DNA of 33,005 nt from a virus: the UHGV virus genome UHGV-0112485; one strand, written 5' to 3'. The notes beneath the pieces are model-generated. The model made no database searches. It was not told the origin of the DNA and was given only the letters and a program-made list of their open reading frames with translations. The position numbers were made by a program, and so were the translations under genes. Numbering within the stretch: position 1 is the first letter of the stretch; every line of letters starts with the position of its first letter. Below, one piece after another: positions 8,240 to 17,412 of the stretch.

Positions 8240-8971
8240 ATGTACAAACTATGGGTTTTGTGGGGTTGTGTTTTTGTTCTTCTCCTAATCGTTATGGGAT
8301 GCGTTCCGTTTTCACCATTTGAAAAATGGTGGTTTACGGTAAACTTTATGTCAAATGTTAATATTATTCGTGCTTTTTTATCAGTTTTGATATTGTTTTT
8401 AATAGCTTATATTTTATTAATTGGTGCTTTTCATCAAAGATACTCGTTGAGGTTGGAACAGTTAAGTTTTGGCGGTATTAATATACTGCTTAATAAATCA
8501 GATCTTCTTTTTAAAAAAAGCGTAAAAAATTATTTGGATACTAAACGCTCATTGTTTAAGTTCGACCCAAATTATGATTCAATTGAAGAGGTGTTGAACT
8601 CATACTATGAATGCTATAAATTCATTAAAGATGAAATGAAGTTATTGGATATTACTAAAAGGCGCGATAAAAAATTGTATTCGCTAGCCAATGAAATGTT
8701 GAAAACATTAAATCGTTTTTTGACGAAACATCAAAATAACTATAGAAGATGGCATAAATTTATTTCAGATAATGATAAGGTGATTACAAAGGACAAGAAT
8801 TATAATGGAGAATTTGTAACATTGTCCTATCATTTGACGCCTATTAGTACTATCCAATCACATTATTATCATTTCAATGAAATATTGGAAGGCTTTAAAG
8901 AGGTTAATGATTTTTTCACTGATAAGGTTGTTAATGAGTTTAATATAAATGTTGATAAGTGGGGTATATGA
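8240..8971 (+). CDS. Cargo protein A: two N-terminal transmembrane helices plus a ~175-aa Lys-rich helical soluble domain, unknown function. Candidate defence effector.
   Basis: 243 aa. Hydrophobic segments LWVLWGCVFVLLLIVMGCV and IRAFLSVLILFLIAYILLIGAF. About 30% GC. Own promoter. Its stop overlaps the next gene's start (ATGATG/TGA). Confidence 0.7.
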   Translation: MYKLWVLWGCVFVLLLIVMGCVPFSPFEKWWFTVNFMSNVNIIRAFLSVLILFLIAYILLIGAFHQRYSLRLEQLSFGGINILLNKSDLLFKKSVKNYLDTKRSLFKFDPNYDSIEEVLNSYYECYKFIKDEMKLLDITKRRDKKLYSLANEMLKTLNRFLTKHQNNYRRWHKFISDNDKVITKDKNYNGEFVTLSYHLTPISTIQSHYYHFNEILEGFKEVNDFFTDKVVNEFNINVDKWGI

Positions 8972-9588
8972 TGCATAAGACGTTTCTGAGTTATCATCAT
9001 GCAAATGAGCAAGATCTCAAAGATGAGATAATTAAATTGTTTGGTGGTGATTCATTTATTGATAAGTCAGTAAGCGATGGTGATATAAGCACCACTAATT
9101 CTGATGAAACAATAATGAGAACTATCCGTGAGGATTTCTTAGAAGACTCGACGGTTACTGTCGTTCTTATCGGAACCGAGACAAAACAACGCCCATTTGT
9201 AAACTCTGAGATTCAAGCGTCACTCTGGGGAAGTGGTTATAATGGGTTAGTTGGTGTTATCAGGGACGAAATCTACGATAATGTGTTTACTCCAGCGGTA
9301 TGTGCAGATCCGTCATGTGGATGTTCTATCACCCTAAGAACTCCTGGTTTTGGATATGATTTTTATTTACCTTATTTGGTTAGGGAAAATCACGTTTATA
9401 AAAAAACAGTCCCACATTATAATGATACAGATGTGTACTGTGCATTGGTGAAATACTCTCTGTTTATTAAAAAACCTGAATATTACATCGACCAAGCATT
9501 TAATAAGCGCAAGACGATGGTACCTGCTGCGAAAAAAAACTCATCGGACGTTCCTGCGATTCGCAGTTCATCAATTTTTAATTGGTAG
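8968..9588 (+). CDS. Cargo protein B: TIR-like (DUF1863/ThsB-like) N-terminal domain plus a Cys-containing C-terminal domain. Candidate defence sensor/NADase.
   Basis: 206 aa from MMHKTFLSYHHANEQDLKDEI, which resembles the TIR-like 'vFiSYsh.D' box. VTVVLIGTETKQRPFVNSEIQ resembles the conserved S..W...E strand/helix with the putative catalytic Glu. AT-rich and translationally coupled to protein A. Confidence 0.6.
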   Translation: MMHKTFLSYHHANEQDLKDEIIKLFGGDSFIDKSVSDGDISTTNSDETIMRTIREDFLEDSTVTVVLIGTETKQRPFVNSEIQASLWGSGYNGLVGVIRDEIYDNVFTPAVCADPSCGCSITLRTPGFGYDFYLPYLVRENHVYKKTVPHYNDTDVYCALVKYSLFIKKPEYYIDQAFNKRKTMVPAAKKNSSDVPAIRSSSIFNW

Positions 9589-9594
9589 TATAAA

Positions 9595-9615
9595 GGTGCA
9601 TAATTATTATGCACC
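9595..9615. terminator. Perfect 21-bp palindrome, a bidirectional terminator between convergent genes
   Basis: GGTGCATAAT-T-ATTATGCACC. It sits between the cargo operon (+) and portal Q (-), flanked by AT-rich sequence. Confidence 0.5.
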
Positions 9616-9631
9616 TATTCCTTGCGTTACT

Positions 9632-10654
9632 TTAGAATGAATATTCCGTAAAACGAATGATATCATCATCCAACCATTCGTTTAACTCCTGCAGACGCTT
9701 CTGCAAAGGCATAATTTCATTGCGGACAAAGACGCGGCTAGCCTTTTCCACATCCCCAAAGCCGCCGGTATTATTTGGAATGATGCCCATCATCTGCGGC
9801 GGCACGCGGTGTGCTGCCATCATGTCATCGCGGCTCACGTTCTTGATGTTCAAAAATTCATCTTTCGCCGCGACCTCTGACAGCGGGATGATCTGGATGC
9901 CGTCCTTTTTACCGTTGGGCGAATACATAAACAGGTTGCGGAAGTTGCCCGGTCCCTTGGCGCTTTTCATGGCCTGGCGGATATTGTTCACGTCTTCCTG
10001 ATTCTGCGCTGCGTCGGTCATGTACATGATGAAACCGGCGTGACTGCCGTTGATGTAATACTTACGGCGAAACAGCGTAGCCGACTCGTTGAGCAGTGTT
10101 GAAGGGATCGCGGAGAGGTAGCCGGGAAGCCCGTAGATTTCCTGGTTAATGTCCGGCTCCATCAGGTGAAAGATGCTACCTTTGGTGAACTCATAAGGCT
10201 GGGTGGTCATGCCGTACTGCACGAACCAGTAAGTATCGAGGTCAATCCCGCGCCGGGTGTACTTCGCCAGTGATGGCTCCAGAGACAGGACGCCGCCCAG
10301 CCTGTTCGTCCGTTTTTCCAGATAGGCGTTACCGAACACAAGGTAGTCCTGGACGAAACGTGCAAAAGCCTGCTGGCTGAGCAGGCGGTGGGGGATGTAG
10401 GTGCTGCTGAGAATGTCACGCTTAACGGCAATCGGTGAGCTGTGATGTACAGCGGCGCGATAGGTCCGCGCCAGCCCGTCAAAACTCACCGGCGGCTCAT
10501 ACCAGCGGTCCATTTGCACACATTCTACGTAGTCCAGAAGTTCGCGGCGGTCCAGTACCGGAATGGGATCGCCAAAGCTGAACGCCTGGGTAGTTGCTGC
10601 ATCATTGGGTTGTACGTCGGGTGGCATCACATCCTGTGCGGTATTCTCAGTCAT
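9632..10654 (-). CDS. Q: Portal protein (P2 gpQ family)
   Basis: 340 aa (P2 Q is 344). In the conserved position, transcribed leftward together with P. Confidence 0.9.
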   Translation of the reverse strand: MTENTAQDVMPPDVQPNDAATTQAFSFGDPIPVLDRRELLDYVECVQMDRWYEPPVSFDGLARTYRAAVHHSSPIAVKRDILSSTYIPHRLLSQQAFARFVQDYLVFGNAYLEKRTNRLGGVLSLEPSLAKYTRRGIDLDTYWFVQYGMTTQPYEFTKGSIFHLMEPDINQEIYGLPGYLSAIPSTLLNESATLFRRKYYINGSHAGFIMYMTDAAQNQEDVNNIRQAMKSAKGPGNFRNLFMYSPNGKKDGIQIIPLSEVAAKDEFLNIKNVSRDDMMAAHRVPPQMMGIIPNNTGGFGDVEKASRVFVRNEIMPLQKRLQELNEWLDDDIIRFTEYSF

Positions 10655-12417
10655 TAAAAAATCTCCACAATGTTGCTGGTATTGGCGGCTTCGCCCTGCA
10701 GCGGTTCGTTAAACAGTGCGTGCATCGTTGCCCAGGCCAAATCGGCGTGGCTGGCTTCTTCGCTGCGGCTGGCTTCGTAGGTAGGGCGGTTGCCGCTGGC
10801 GGTGGTGGCGCGGCGGATAGCCATAAATGACTGCGCAATGTCGGTATGCCCGGCGTCAAACTCCAGACGGCGGTGGCTGATAATGTCGTATGCCTTGAGC
10901 ACCAGGGCGTTTTTGACGTTGGGGTTATAGACAAACTCCCGCACGGCAGGGAAAAAGCCTTTTACGTTTTCATAAACACCGTGACCGACGCCGGTGGAGT
11001 CAATGCCGATGTAGGTCACGTTATACTGCTGAGTCAGTTTGCGGATGGCCTCTGCCTGGGCGCGGAAGTCCATTCCGCGCCACTGGTGACGCTCAAGGAT
11101 GCGGAACTTACCGCCGGGCACCGTCGGCGGGGCAATGACTACGCAGCCAGCGCTGTCACCGTTCTGGGTACCTTTCGCCGGGTCATAGCCGATCCAGACT
11201 TCGCGCCAGCCGAACGGACGCAGGGCCAGCGCCTGAAAGTCTTCCCAGACTTCCCAGCTGTCCACCATGCAGGCCTGCAGGTCAGCCAGTGGGAAAACGG
11301 AGGCGAGATCGTCGATGAACTCACACATCAGCAGGTTCTGGTACTCGTCGGGGCTGTACTCCAGGCGCAGCTGGTCGAGGTCGAACAGGTTGCAGCCACC
11401 GCGCACGGCGTCCTCCACCGTCACGATCTGTCTGAACTGACCGTCAGCGCAAAGCAGACCGGCAGCAAGGGCTGAGTGGGTCAGGTCGATATCAACGCGA
11501 TCAGCTTTTGCCCGCCCGCGATTGAACAGGGCGCCGGACCAGAACGGGTAAGCGCTGTGCGTCAGGCTGGAAGGCGTAGAGAAATAGGTCTGGCGCCATT
11601 TCTTGTGCAGCGCCATGCCGGAGGCGACTTTACGTAGCTCCTGAAATTTCGGGATCCAGAAATACTCATCAAGATACAGGTTGCCGTGGTAACTCTGTGC
11701 GGTGCGGGCGTTGGTCCCGAGAAAATACAGCGTGGCGCCGTTTGGCAGCACCATGGGGTCGCCTTTTAATTCCACGTCGACTTCTTTGGCAAACTCGATG
11801 ATGTACTGCTTAAAAACATGCGCCTGGGCTTTACTGGCTGACAGGAAAATCTGGTTTCGCCCTGTCATCAGGGCGTCCATCAGCGCTTCACGCGCGAAAT
11901 AATACGTAGCGCCGATCTGGCGCGATTTAAGCACGTTGCGGATGCGGTGTTTAATTCCTGCTTCCCACCAGTGGCGCTGATATTCAAACATTCCGTTGCG
12001 GAAAATTTCTTCCAGCTTTTCGATCTGTTCGTCAGTAAACAGGTTCTTTTCTGGTGTCTTGCGGGGGCCGCGGTTGCGGTTTTGCACGTTGGGGTTAAGG
12101 TCCGCCTCATTACCGCCGTTGTTAAATTTACCGATGCGGGCGTGGCGCTCGGACTGGCGCGCCAGCAGGTCTATTTCTTTAAAGTCTTTCCCTTCCTTGT
12201 GCTCCTTCATGATGAGCTGGCAATAGCGGGCGGCAGTGGTGAGCTGCATCTGATCGAGTGGGCCATATTCGCCCCACTTGTCGCGCTTTTTCCAGCTGTG
12301 AACGGTTGCAACTTTTTCGCCCAGCATTTCAGCAATGCGGGCTACGCGGTATCCCTGAAAATACAGCAGTAATGCCTGCCTGCGGGGATCGAGGTCTGCG
12401 GGGGTCATCGTTTCCAT
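10654..12417 (-). CDS. P: Terminase large (ATPase) subunit (P2 gpP family)
   Basis: 587 aa (P2 P is 590). Walker A-like KSRQIGAT. Its stop overlaps the Q start. Confidence 0.9.
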   Translation of the reverse strand: METMTPADLDPRRQALLLYFQGYRVARIAEMLGEKVATVHSWKKRDKWGEYGPLDQMQLTTAARYCQLIMKEHKEGKDFKEIDLLARQSERHARIGKFNNGGNEADLNPNVQNRNRGPRKTPEKNLFTDEQIEKLEEIFRNGMFEYQRHWWEAGIKHRIRNVLKSRQIGATYYFAREALMDALMTGRNQIFLSASKAQAHVFKQYIIEFAKEVDVELKGDPMVLPNGATLYFLGTNARTAQSYHGNLYLDEYFWIPKFQELRKVASGMALHKKWRQTYFSTPSSLTHSAYPFWSGALFNRGRAKADRVDIDLTHSALAAGLLCADGQFRQIVTVEDAVRGGCNLFDLDQLRLEYSPDEYQNLLMCEFIDDLASVFPLADLQACMVDSWEVWEDFQALALRPFGWREVWIGYDPAKGTQNGDSAGCVVIAPPTVPGGKFRILERHQWRGMDFRAQAEAIRKLTQQYNVTYIGIDSTGVGHGVYENVKGFFPAVREFVYNPNVKNALVLKAYDIISHRRLEFDAGHTDIAQSFMAIRRATTASGNRPTYEASRSEEASHADLAWATMHALFNEPLQGEAANTSNIVEIF

Positions 12418-12463
12418 GGCACAAACATACGGCCTTGCCTGGCGCCTTTCCCCGGCTGGCCTT

Positions 12464-12481
12464 TGTATGGTTTACCGCACA
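12464..12481. promoter_or_regulatory. Ogr/B late-activator binding dyad TGT-N12-ACA (late promoter PO)
   Basis: TGTATGGTTTACCGCACA, about 77 nt upstream of the O ATG. This is the classical P2/186 late-promoter motif. Confidence 0.55.
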
Positions 12482-12557
12482 AGGTCCGCGCGTTGTTTCA
12501 CCCCCTCCATCGCAGCAACCATAAGGCCTCACAGAGTTATTTGATGGAGTCGGTCAC

Positions 12558-13391
12558 ATGGCTGTAAAAGCAAAGCGCTTCCGCATCGGTGTGGAAGGGG
12601 CAACGACAGACGGGCGCAATATTGAGCGTGCATGGCTGGAACAGATGGCGGCGGGCTATGACCCGCAGGTGTATACCGCGTTGATTAATCTGGAGCACAT
12701 CAAGGGTTACACCCCTGATAGCCCATTCCGCCGTTTCGGGACCGTGGATAAGCTGGAGGCAGAGGAGATTGCAGACGGCCCGCTGAAAGGGAAAATGGCC
12801 CTGTATGCGTGGATCACCCCGTCAGAGGACCTGGTGGCGTATACCCGTAATCTGCAAAAGCTGTTTACCTCGATGGAGGTCAATACCAGTTTTGCCGATA
12901 CCGGCAAAGCCTACCTGGTTGGCCTGGCGGCGACGGATGATCCCGCAAGCCTCGGTACTGAAATGCTGCAGTTTAGCGCCAGCGCCAGAAGTAACCCCCT
13001 GGCAGGCCGCAAGCAAAACCGTGAAAACCTCTTTTCCGCCGCAGAAGAAACGCTGATCGAGTGGGAAGAAGTTCAGGACGATAAACCCTCCCTCTTTGCC
13101 CGCGTTGCCGCGATGTTCACCAAAAAAGAACAGAACGATGACGCGCGTTTTTCTGACGTACATCGCGCGGTGGAGCTGATTGCTACTGAACAGCAAAACC
13201 TGAGCGAACGCACTGATCACTCCCTGTCTGCGCAGGATGCGCGCATTGCTGAGCTGGAAGCCTCCCTGCAGGAACAGCAGACCGCTTTTGCTGAACTGGA
13301 GCAGCGGCTGAGCCAGGAAGACAGCCGCAAAGATTATCGCCAGCGCGCGCCGGGCGGAGACGCACCGGCAGGCACACTGACCAATTGCTGA
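12558..13391 (+). CDS. O: Capsid scaffolding protein (gpO)
   Basis: 277 aa (P2 O is 284). Position and order O-N-M-L. Confidence 0.85.
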   Translation: MAVKAKRFRIGVEGATTDGRNIERAWLEQMAAGYDPQVYTALINLEHIKGYTPDSPFRRFGTVDKLEAEEIADGPLKGKMALYAWITPSEDLVAYTRNLQKLFTSMEVNTSFADTGKAYLVGLAATDDPASLGTEMLQFSASARSNPLAGRKQNRENLFSAAEETLIEWEEVQDDKPSLFARVAAMFTKKEQNDDARFSDVHRAVELIATEQQNLSERTDHSLSAQDARIAELEASLQEQQTAFAELEQRLSQEDSRKDYRQRAPGGDAPAGTLTNC

Positions 13392-13407
13392 TGGAGCATA
13401 AGAACCA

Positions 13408-14472
13408 ATGAAAAAGAAAACCCGTTTTGCCTTTAACGCCTACCTGCAGCAGCTGGCACGCCTGAATAACGTGGAAGTGGAAGAACTTTCCAGCAAATTC
13501 ACCGTTGAGCCGTCGGTACAGCAGACGCTGGAAGACCAGATCCAGCAGTCCGCTGCATTTCTGACGCTGATTAACATCACCCCGGTGGATGAGCAGTCAG
13601 GCCAGCTGCTGGGTCTGGGTGTCGGTAGCACGATTGCCGGTACCACGGATACCACCACCAAAGAGCGCGAACCAACTGACCCGACAGTGATGGCGGACGT
13701 GGAATACAAATGCGAACAGACCAACTTTGATACGGTGCTGACCTACGCAAAGCTGGACCTGTGGGCAAAATTCCAGGACTTCCAGGTGCGGATCCGTAAC
13801 GCCATAGTGAAGCGCCAGGCTCTGGACCGCATCATGATCGGGTTCAACGGCGTGAAGCGTGCCAAAACCTCTGACCGCGACGCCAACCCGATGCTGCAGG
13901 ACGTAAATAAGGGCTGGCTGCAAAAAATTCGCGAAGATGCGCCGGATCATGTCATGGGCAGCGAAACCAAAGACGGCGTGACCACCAAAGGCGCCGTGAA
14001 GGTTGGTAAGGGTGGCGATTATGCCAACCTGGACGCCGTGGTGATGGATGCGGTCAACGAGCTGATCGACCCGGTATATCAGGATGATGATGATCTGGTG
14101 GTGGTCTGTGGCCGTGAGCTGCTGTCTGACAAGTATTTCCCGCTGGTTAACAAAGACCAGGAGAACACGGAGAAGCTGGCCGCTGATCTGATCATCAGCC
14201 AGAAACGCATGGGTGGCCTGCAGGCTGTACGCGCGCCGTATTTCCCTGCTAATGCACTGCTGATCACCCGCCTGGATAACCTGTCCATTTACTGGCAGGA
14301 AGATACCCGCCGTCGTTCTGTTATCGATAACCCGAAACGTGACCGGATCGAGAATTTCGAGTCCGTCAATGAAACGTATGTGGTTGAGGATTACCGCTGT
14401 GCGGCGCTGGTCGAAAACATCCAGATGGGGGATTTCAGCGCGCCAGCTGTACCGGAAGGCGAGGGGGCGTAA
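13408..14472 (+). CDS. N: Major capsid protein (gpN)
   Basis: 354 aa (P2 N is 357). Confidence 0.9.
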   Translation: MKKKTRFAFNAYLQQLARLNNVEVEELSSKFTVEPSVQQTLEDQIQQSAAFLTLINITPVDEQSGQLLGLGVGSTIAGTTDTTTKEREPTDPTVMADVEYKCEQTNFDTVLTYAKLDLWAKFQDFQVRIRNAIVKRQALDRIMIGFNGVKRAKTSDRDANPMLQDVNKGWLQKIREDAPDHVMGSETKDGVTTKGAVKVGKGGDYANLDAVVMDAVNELIDPVYQDDDDLVVVCGRELLSDKYFPLVNKDQENTEKLAADLIISQKRMGGLQAVRAPYFPANALLITRLDNLSIYWQEDTRRRSVIDNPKRDRIENFESVNETYVVEDYRCAALVENIQMGDFSAPAVPEGEGA

Positions 14473-14475
14473 CGC

Positions 14476-15126
14476 ATGAGCCTGAGTCCCGCACGGCAGC
14501 ACCGCCTGCGCGTCCAGGCTGAACAGGCCGCCCGACAGGGCGGCAATGTTCGCCACGCGACGGGGTATGACCTGATGCTGATGCAGCTGGCGGAGGATCG
14601 CCGCCGACTGAAAGGTATCCAGTCCACCGTGAAGAAAGCCCAAATCAAAGTGGAGCTGCTGCCCCGTTATTCCGCCTGGGTGGAGGGGGTGCTGGCTGCT
14701 GATGGTGCCCGGCAGGATGACGTGGTGATGTTTGTAATGCTCTGGCGTATCGATGCCGGTGATTATGCCGGTGCGCTGGATGCAGGGCGTCATGCGCTGC
14801 GGCACGGATGGGTGATGCCCATTGGAAACCGTAACGTCCAGACGGTGCTGGCAGAGGAAATGGCAGACGCTGCGCAGGCCGCTCTGCTGGCAGGTGAATC
14901 TTTCGATGCCGGATTATTACTGCAGACACTGGAGCTGACAGACGGCCAGGATATGCCAGACCAGTCACGGGCACGCCTGCATAAAGCGATTGGCGCTGTA
15001 CTGACCGAAACCAGCCCGGCCTCCGCCCTGAATCACATCAATCATGCGCTGCAGCTTGATCCACGCTGTGGCGTCAAAAAAGAAAAACAGCAGCTGGAGC
15101 GCAGATTGCGCAATGACAGCCGTTAA
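14476..15126 (+). CDS. M: Terminase small/endonuclease subunit (gpM)
   Basis: 216 aa. Conserved position after N. Confidence 0.8.
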   Translation: MSLSPARQHRLRVQAEQAARQGGNVRHATGYDLMLMQLAEDRRRLKGIQSTVKKAQIKVELLPRYSAWVEGVLAADGARQDDVVMFVMLWRIDAGDYAGALDAGRHALRHGWVMPIGNRNVQTVLAEEMADAAQAALLAGESFDAGLLLQTLELTDGQDMPDQSRARLHKAIGAVLTETSPASALNHINHALQLDPRCGVKKEKQQLERRLRNDSR

Positions 15127-15222
15127 CGGAACGTGCCCCGCGCACGGGCGGCACGGGGTGGCGAAAGGCTTTTGCCACATCAAAACCCCGTCCACCGCCC
15201 ACTATTTCAGGAGAAAGCCCGC

Positions 15223-15687
15223 ATGAAGTTTGTTGCGCCTGAGCAGGCGCCGGAACAGGCGGAAATTATCAAAAATACGCCGTTCTGGCCCGATGTTGAT
15301 TTATCAGAGTTTCGCAGCGTGATGCGGACGGATGGCACGGTGACGTCACCCCGTCTCGGACAACTCATCCGGTCTGCGATGTCAGAGGTCAATGCGGAGC
15401 TGTACGACTTCCGCAAGCGCCAGCAGGCGCTGGGATTTATGACGCTGGCCGATGTACCGGCGGACTTGTTGGACGGTAAAAGCGAACGCATTCACCACTA
15501 CCACAACGCCGTTTATTGCTGGGCACGTGCGCAGGTGAATGAGCGTTACCAGGACTACGACGCCACGGCCTCCGGTGTGAAAAGGGGGGATGAGCTGGCG
15601 GAGGCCAGCGGCGATCTGTGGCGTGATGCGCGCTGGGCAATTAGCCGGGTGCAGGATGCGCCTCACTGTACGGTGGAGCTGATCTGA
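15223..15687 (+). CDS. L: Head completion/stabilisation protein (gpL)
   Basis: 155 aa from ATG 15223 (RBS AGGAGA). The ORF track's 15133 start is an upstream extension overlapping the end of M. P2 L is 169 aa. Confidence 0.8.
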   Translation: MKFVAPEQAPEQAEIIKNTPFWPDVDLSEFRSVMRTDGTVTSPRLGQLIRSAMSEVNAELYDFRKRQQALGFMTLADVPADLLDGKSERIHHYHNAVYCWARAQVNERYQDYDATASGVKRGDELAEASGDLWRDARWAISRVQDAPHCTVELI

Positions 15688-15890
15688 TGAAAGTGCGTGC
15701 GTACCAGGGTGACACGGTGGACGCGCTTTGCTGGCGTCATTACGGACGCACGCAGGGCGTCACGGAGCAGGTACTGCAGGCAAATCCGGGGCTGGCTGAG
15801 CACGGCCCGTTCTTACCACACGGGCTGCAGGTGGAGCTGCCGGATATTGCCACCACTTCCACGGTGCAGACCGTCCAGTTATGGGACTGA
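15687..15890 (+). CDS. X: Tail protein X (gpX, LysM-like)
   Basis: 67 aa, the same as P2 X. ATGA overlap with L. Confidence 0.8.
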   Translation: MKVRAYQGDTVDALCWRHYGRTQGVTEQVLQANPGLAEHGPFLPHGLQVELPDIATTSTVQTVQLWD

Positions 15891-15893
15891 AAT

Positions 15894-16109
15894 ATGACGC
15901 TTGAACGGATCAGCGCCTTCATCACGTACTGCATCGCTGTACTGCTGGCATGGATGGGAGATTTATCGCTTAAGGATGTGTCGACAGTGGGCGGTGTGTT
16001 GATTGGCGTGCTGATGCTGGCCATCAACTGGTACTACAAACACAAAACCTACCAGCTGCTGCGCGGCGGAAAAATTACACAGGGGGAATATGAATCCTTC
16101 AACCGTTAA
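15894..16109 (+). CDS. Holin, class II two-TMD (pinholin-like, S21-type)
   Basis: 71 aa with two hydrophobic helices (ISAFITYCIAVLLAWMG, VGGVLIGVLMLAINWYY) and a charged C-terminus. Located immediately upstream of the endolysin. Confidence 0.7.
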   Translation: MTLERISAFITYCIAVLLAWMGDLSLKDVSTVGGVLIGVLMLAINWYYKHKTYQLLRGGKITQGEYESFNR

Positions 16110-16599
16110 ACGCTGTCTGGTAGGGGCGGTGCTGGCGATTGCCGCCACCCTGCCGGGCTTTCAGCAACTTCATACCTCAGTGGAAGGGTTGAAGCTGATA
16201 GCCGATTACGAGGGTTGCCGCCTGCAGCCGTATCAGTGTGATGCGGGGGTGTGGACCGATGGCATTGGCAATACGTCCGGCGTGGTGCCGGGGAAGACCA
16301 TCACGGAACGGCAGGCCGCCGGGAGTTTCATCACCAACGTTTTAAGGGTGGAGAAGGCGCTGGATCGCTGTGTCCTGGTGAGCGTACCGCAGAACGTCTA
16401 TGACGCGCTGGTATCGCTGGCCTTCAACGTGGGAACCGGCAATGCCTGCGGTTCAACCATGGTGAAATTTATCAATCAGAAGCGCTGGCGCGATGCCTGC
16501 TATCAGTTGCCGCGCTGGGTATACGTCAAAGGCGTATTTAATCCGGGGCTGGACAACCGCCGCGCGCGGGAGCTGTCCTGGTGCTTAAAAGGAGCGTAA
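16090..16599 (+). CDS. Endolysin, GH24 T4-lysozyme-like, with an N-terminal SAR (signal-anchor-release) segment
   Basis: The catalytic region EGCRLQPYQCDAGVWTDGIGNT fits the E..D..T motif. The N-terminal Gly/Ala-rich hydrophobic segment LVGAVLAIAATLPGF is typical of SAR endolysins such as P21 R. Confidence 0.85.
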   Translation: MNPSTVKRCLVGAVLAIAATLPGFQQLHTSVEGLKLIADYEGCRLQPYQCDAGVWTDGIGNTSGVVPGKTITERQAAGSFITNVLRVEKALDRCVLVSVPQNVYDALVSLAFNVGTGNACGSTMVKFINQKRWRDACYQLPRWVYVKGVFNPGLDNRRARELSWCLKGA

Positions 16600-16603
16600 C
16601 GAA

Positions 16604-16987
16604 ATGAAAAAGAAACTGATCGGTGGGTTATTTTCGGTGCTGTACACGGCGCTGATCATTTTTAGTCTCTTTGTTCCAAACAGTATTGTTCCGGCACTGG
16701 TTACAGCCTTGACCTGGGTAGCCTGCCTGCTGAGCTGGGGAGCGGTGCTGCTTTGCATGGCTGGGTGGTATGCGGGGGGCACTCATCGGGGAGAGGCAAA
16801 GCAGGCGCTGACTCACTTTTTCAGTACGCCAGGAAACCAGGTGATCAGATGGGCCAGGTGTTCACTGCTTGTGATTTTTCTCGCCTTTACGGGCCACGTT
16901 GTCACCCTGGTATTTTATCTGCTGACGCTGGCCGCGCTTAAGGTTCTGCGTGCGCAGATTATTGATGCGGAGCCGGTGACGGTATGA
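16604..16987 (+). CDS. lysA: LysA-like multi-pass membrane protein (lysis timing)
   Basis: 127 aa with about four TM segments, in the position of P2 lysA. Confidence 0.6.
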   Translation: MKKKLIGGLFSVLYTALIIFSLFVPNSIVPALVTALTWVACLLSWGAVLLCMAGWYAGGTHRGEAKQALTHFFSTPGNQVIRWARCSLLVIFLAFTGHVVTLVFYLLTLAALKVLRAQIIDAEPVTV

Positions 16988-17412
16988 CGAAGGCGCTGGC
17001 GGTAATTCTGGCGCTGGTAGTGCTGGCGCTTGGCTGGCAGTCATGGCGGATGAAGGAGGCCAGCCAGACCATCGAGCGGCAAGGGCGGGATCTGAAAACG
17101 ACAGGCGAAAAACTGGCAAAAACGAACAGCCAGCTGATCGCCCTGTCCATCCTGTCCGAAACCAATAACCGGGAACAGGCAAGGCTTTACGCGGCGGTAG
17201 AAAGTACAAACGCGCTGCTGCGAAGCCGTCAGCGCCGGATTGAGGAGCTAAAACGTGAAAACGAGGATTTGCGCCGCTGGGCTGGTACTCCTTTGCCTCC
17301 TGACATTATCAGGATGCGCGAACGTCCGGCCCTCGCCGGAGGTGCAGCTTACCGTGAATGGTTGTCCCAGGGTGACGCAGTGCCGCCTGGAAAAGTCGGC
17401 GGCACGCACTAA
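16984..17412 (+). CDS. lysB: LysB, Rz-like i-spanin
   Basis: An N-terminal TM anchor (LAVILALVVLALGW), coiled-coil charged periplasmic domain and a Pro-rich C-terminus. Confidence 0.7.
   Translation: MTKALAVILALVVLALGWQSWRMKEASQTIERQGRDLKTTGEKLAKTNSQLIALSILSETNNREQARLYAAVESTNALLRSRQRRIEELKRENEDLRRWAGTPLPPDIIRMRERPALAGGAAYREWLSQGDAVPPGKVGGTH

Noticed and set aside
13597-14805. 402-aa ORF on the minus strand, antisense to major capsid gene N and terminase M
   Set aside because: Shadow ORF in GC-rich coding DNA. His/Gln/Arg-rich nonsense composition. It overlaps well-supported sense genes.
15133-15222. Upstream extension of gpL (MPRARAARGG...)
   Set aside because: Arg/Gly-rich and overlapping the end of M. 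The ATG at 15223 with RBS AGGAGA gives a P2 L-sized product.
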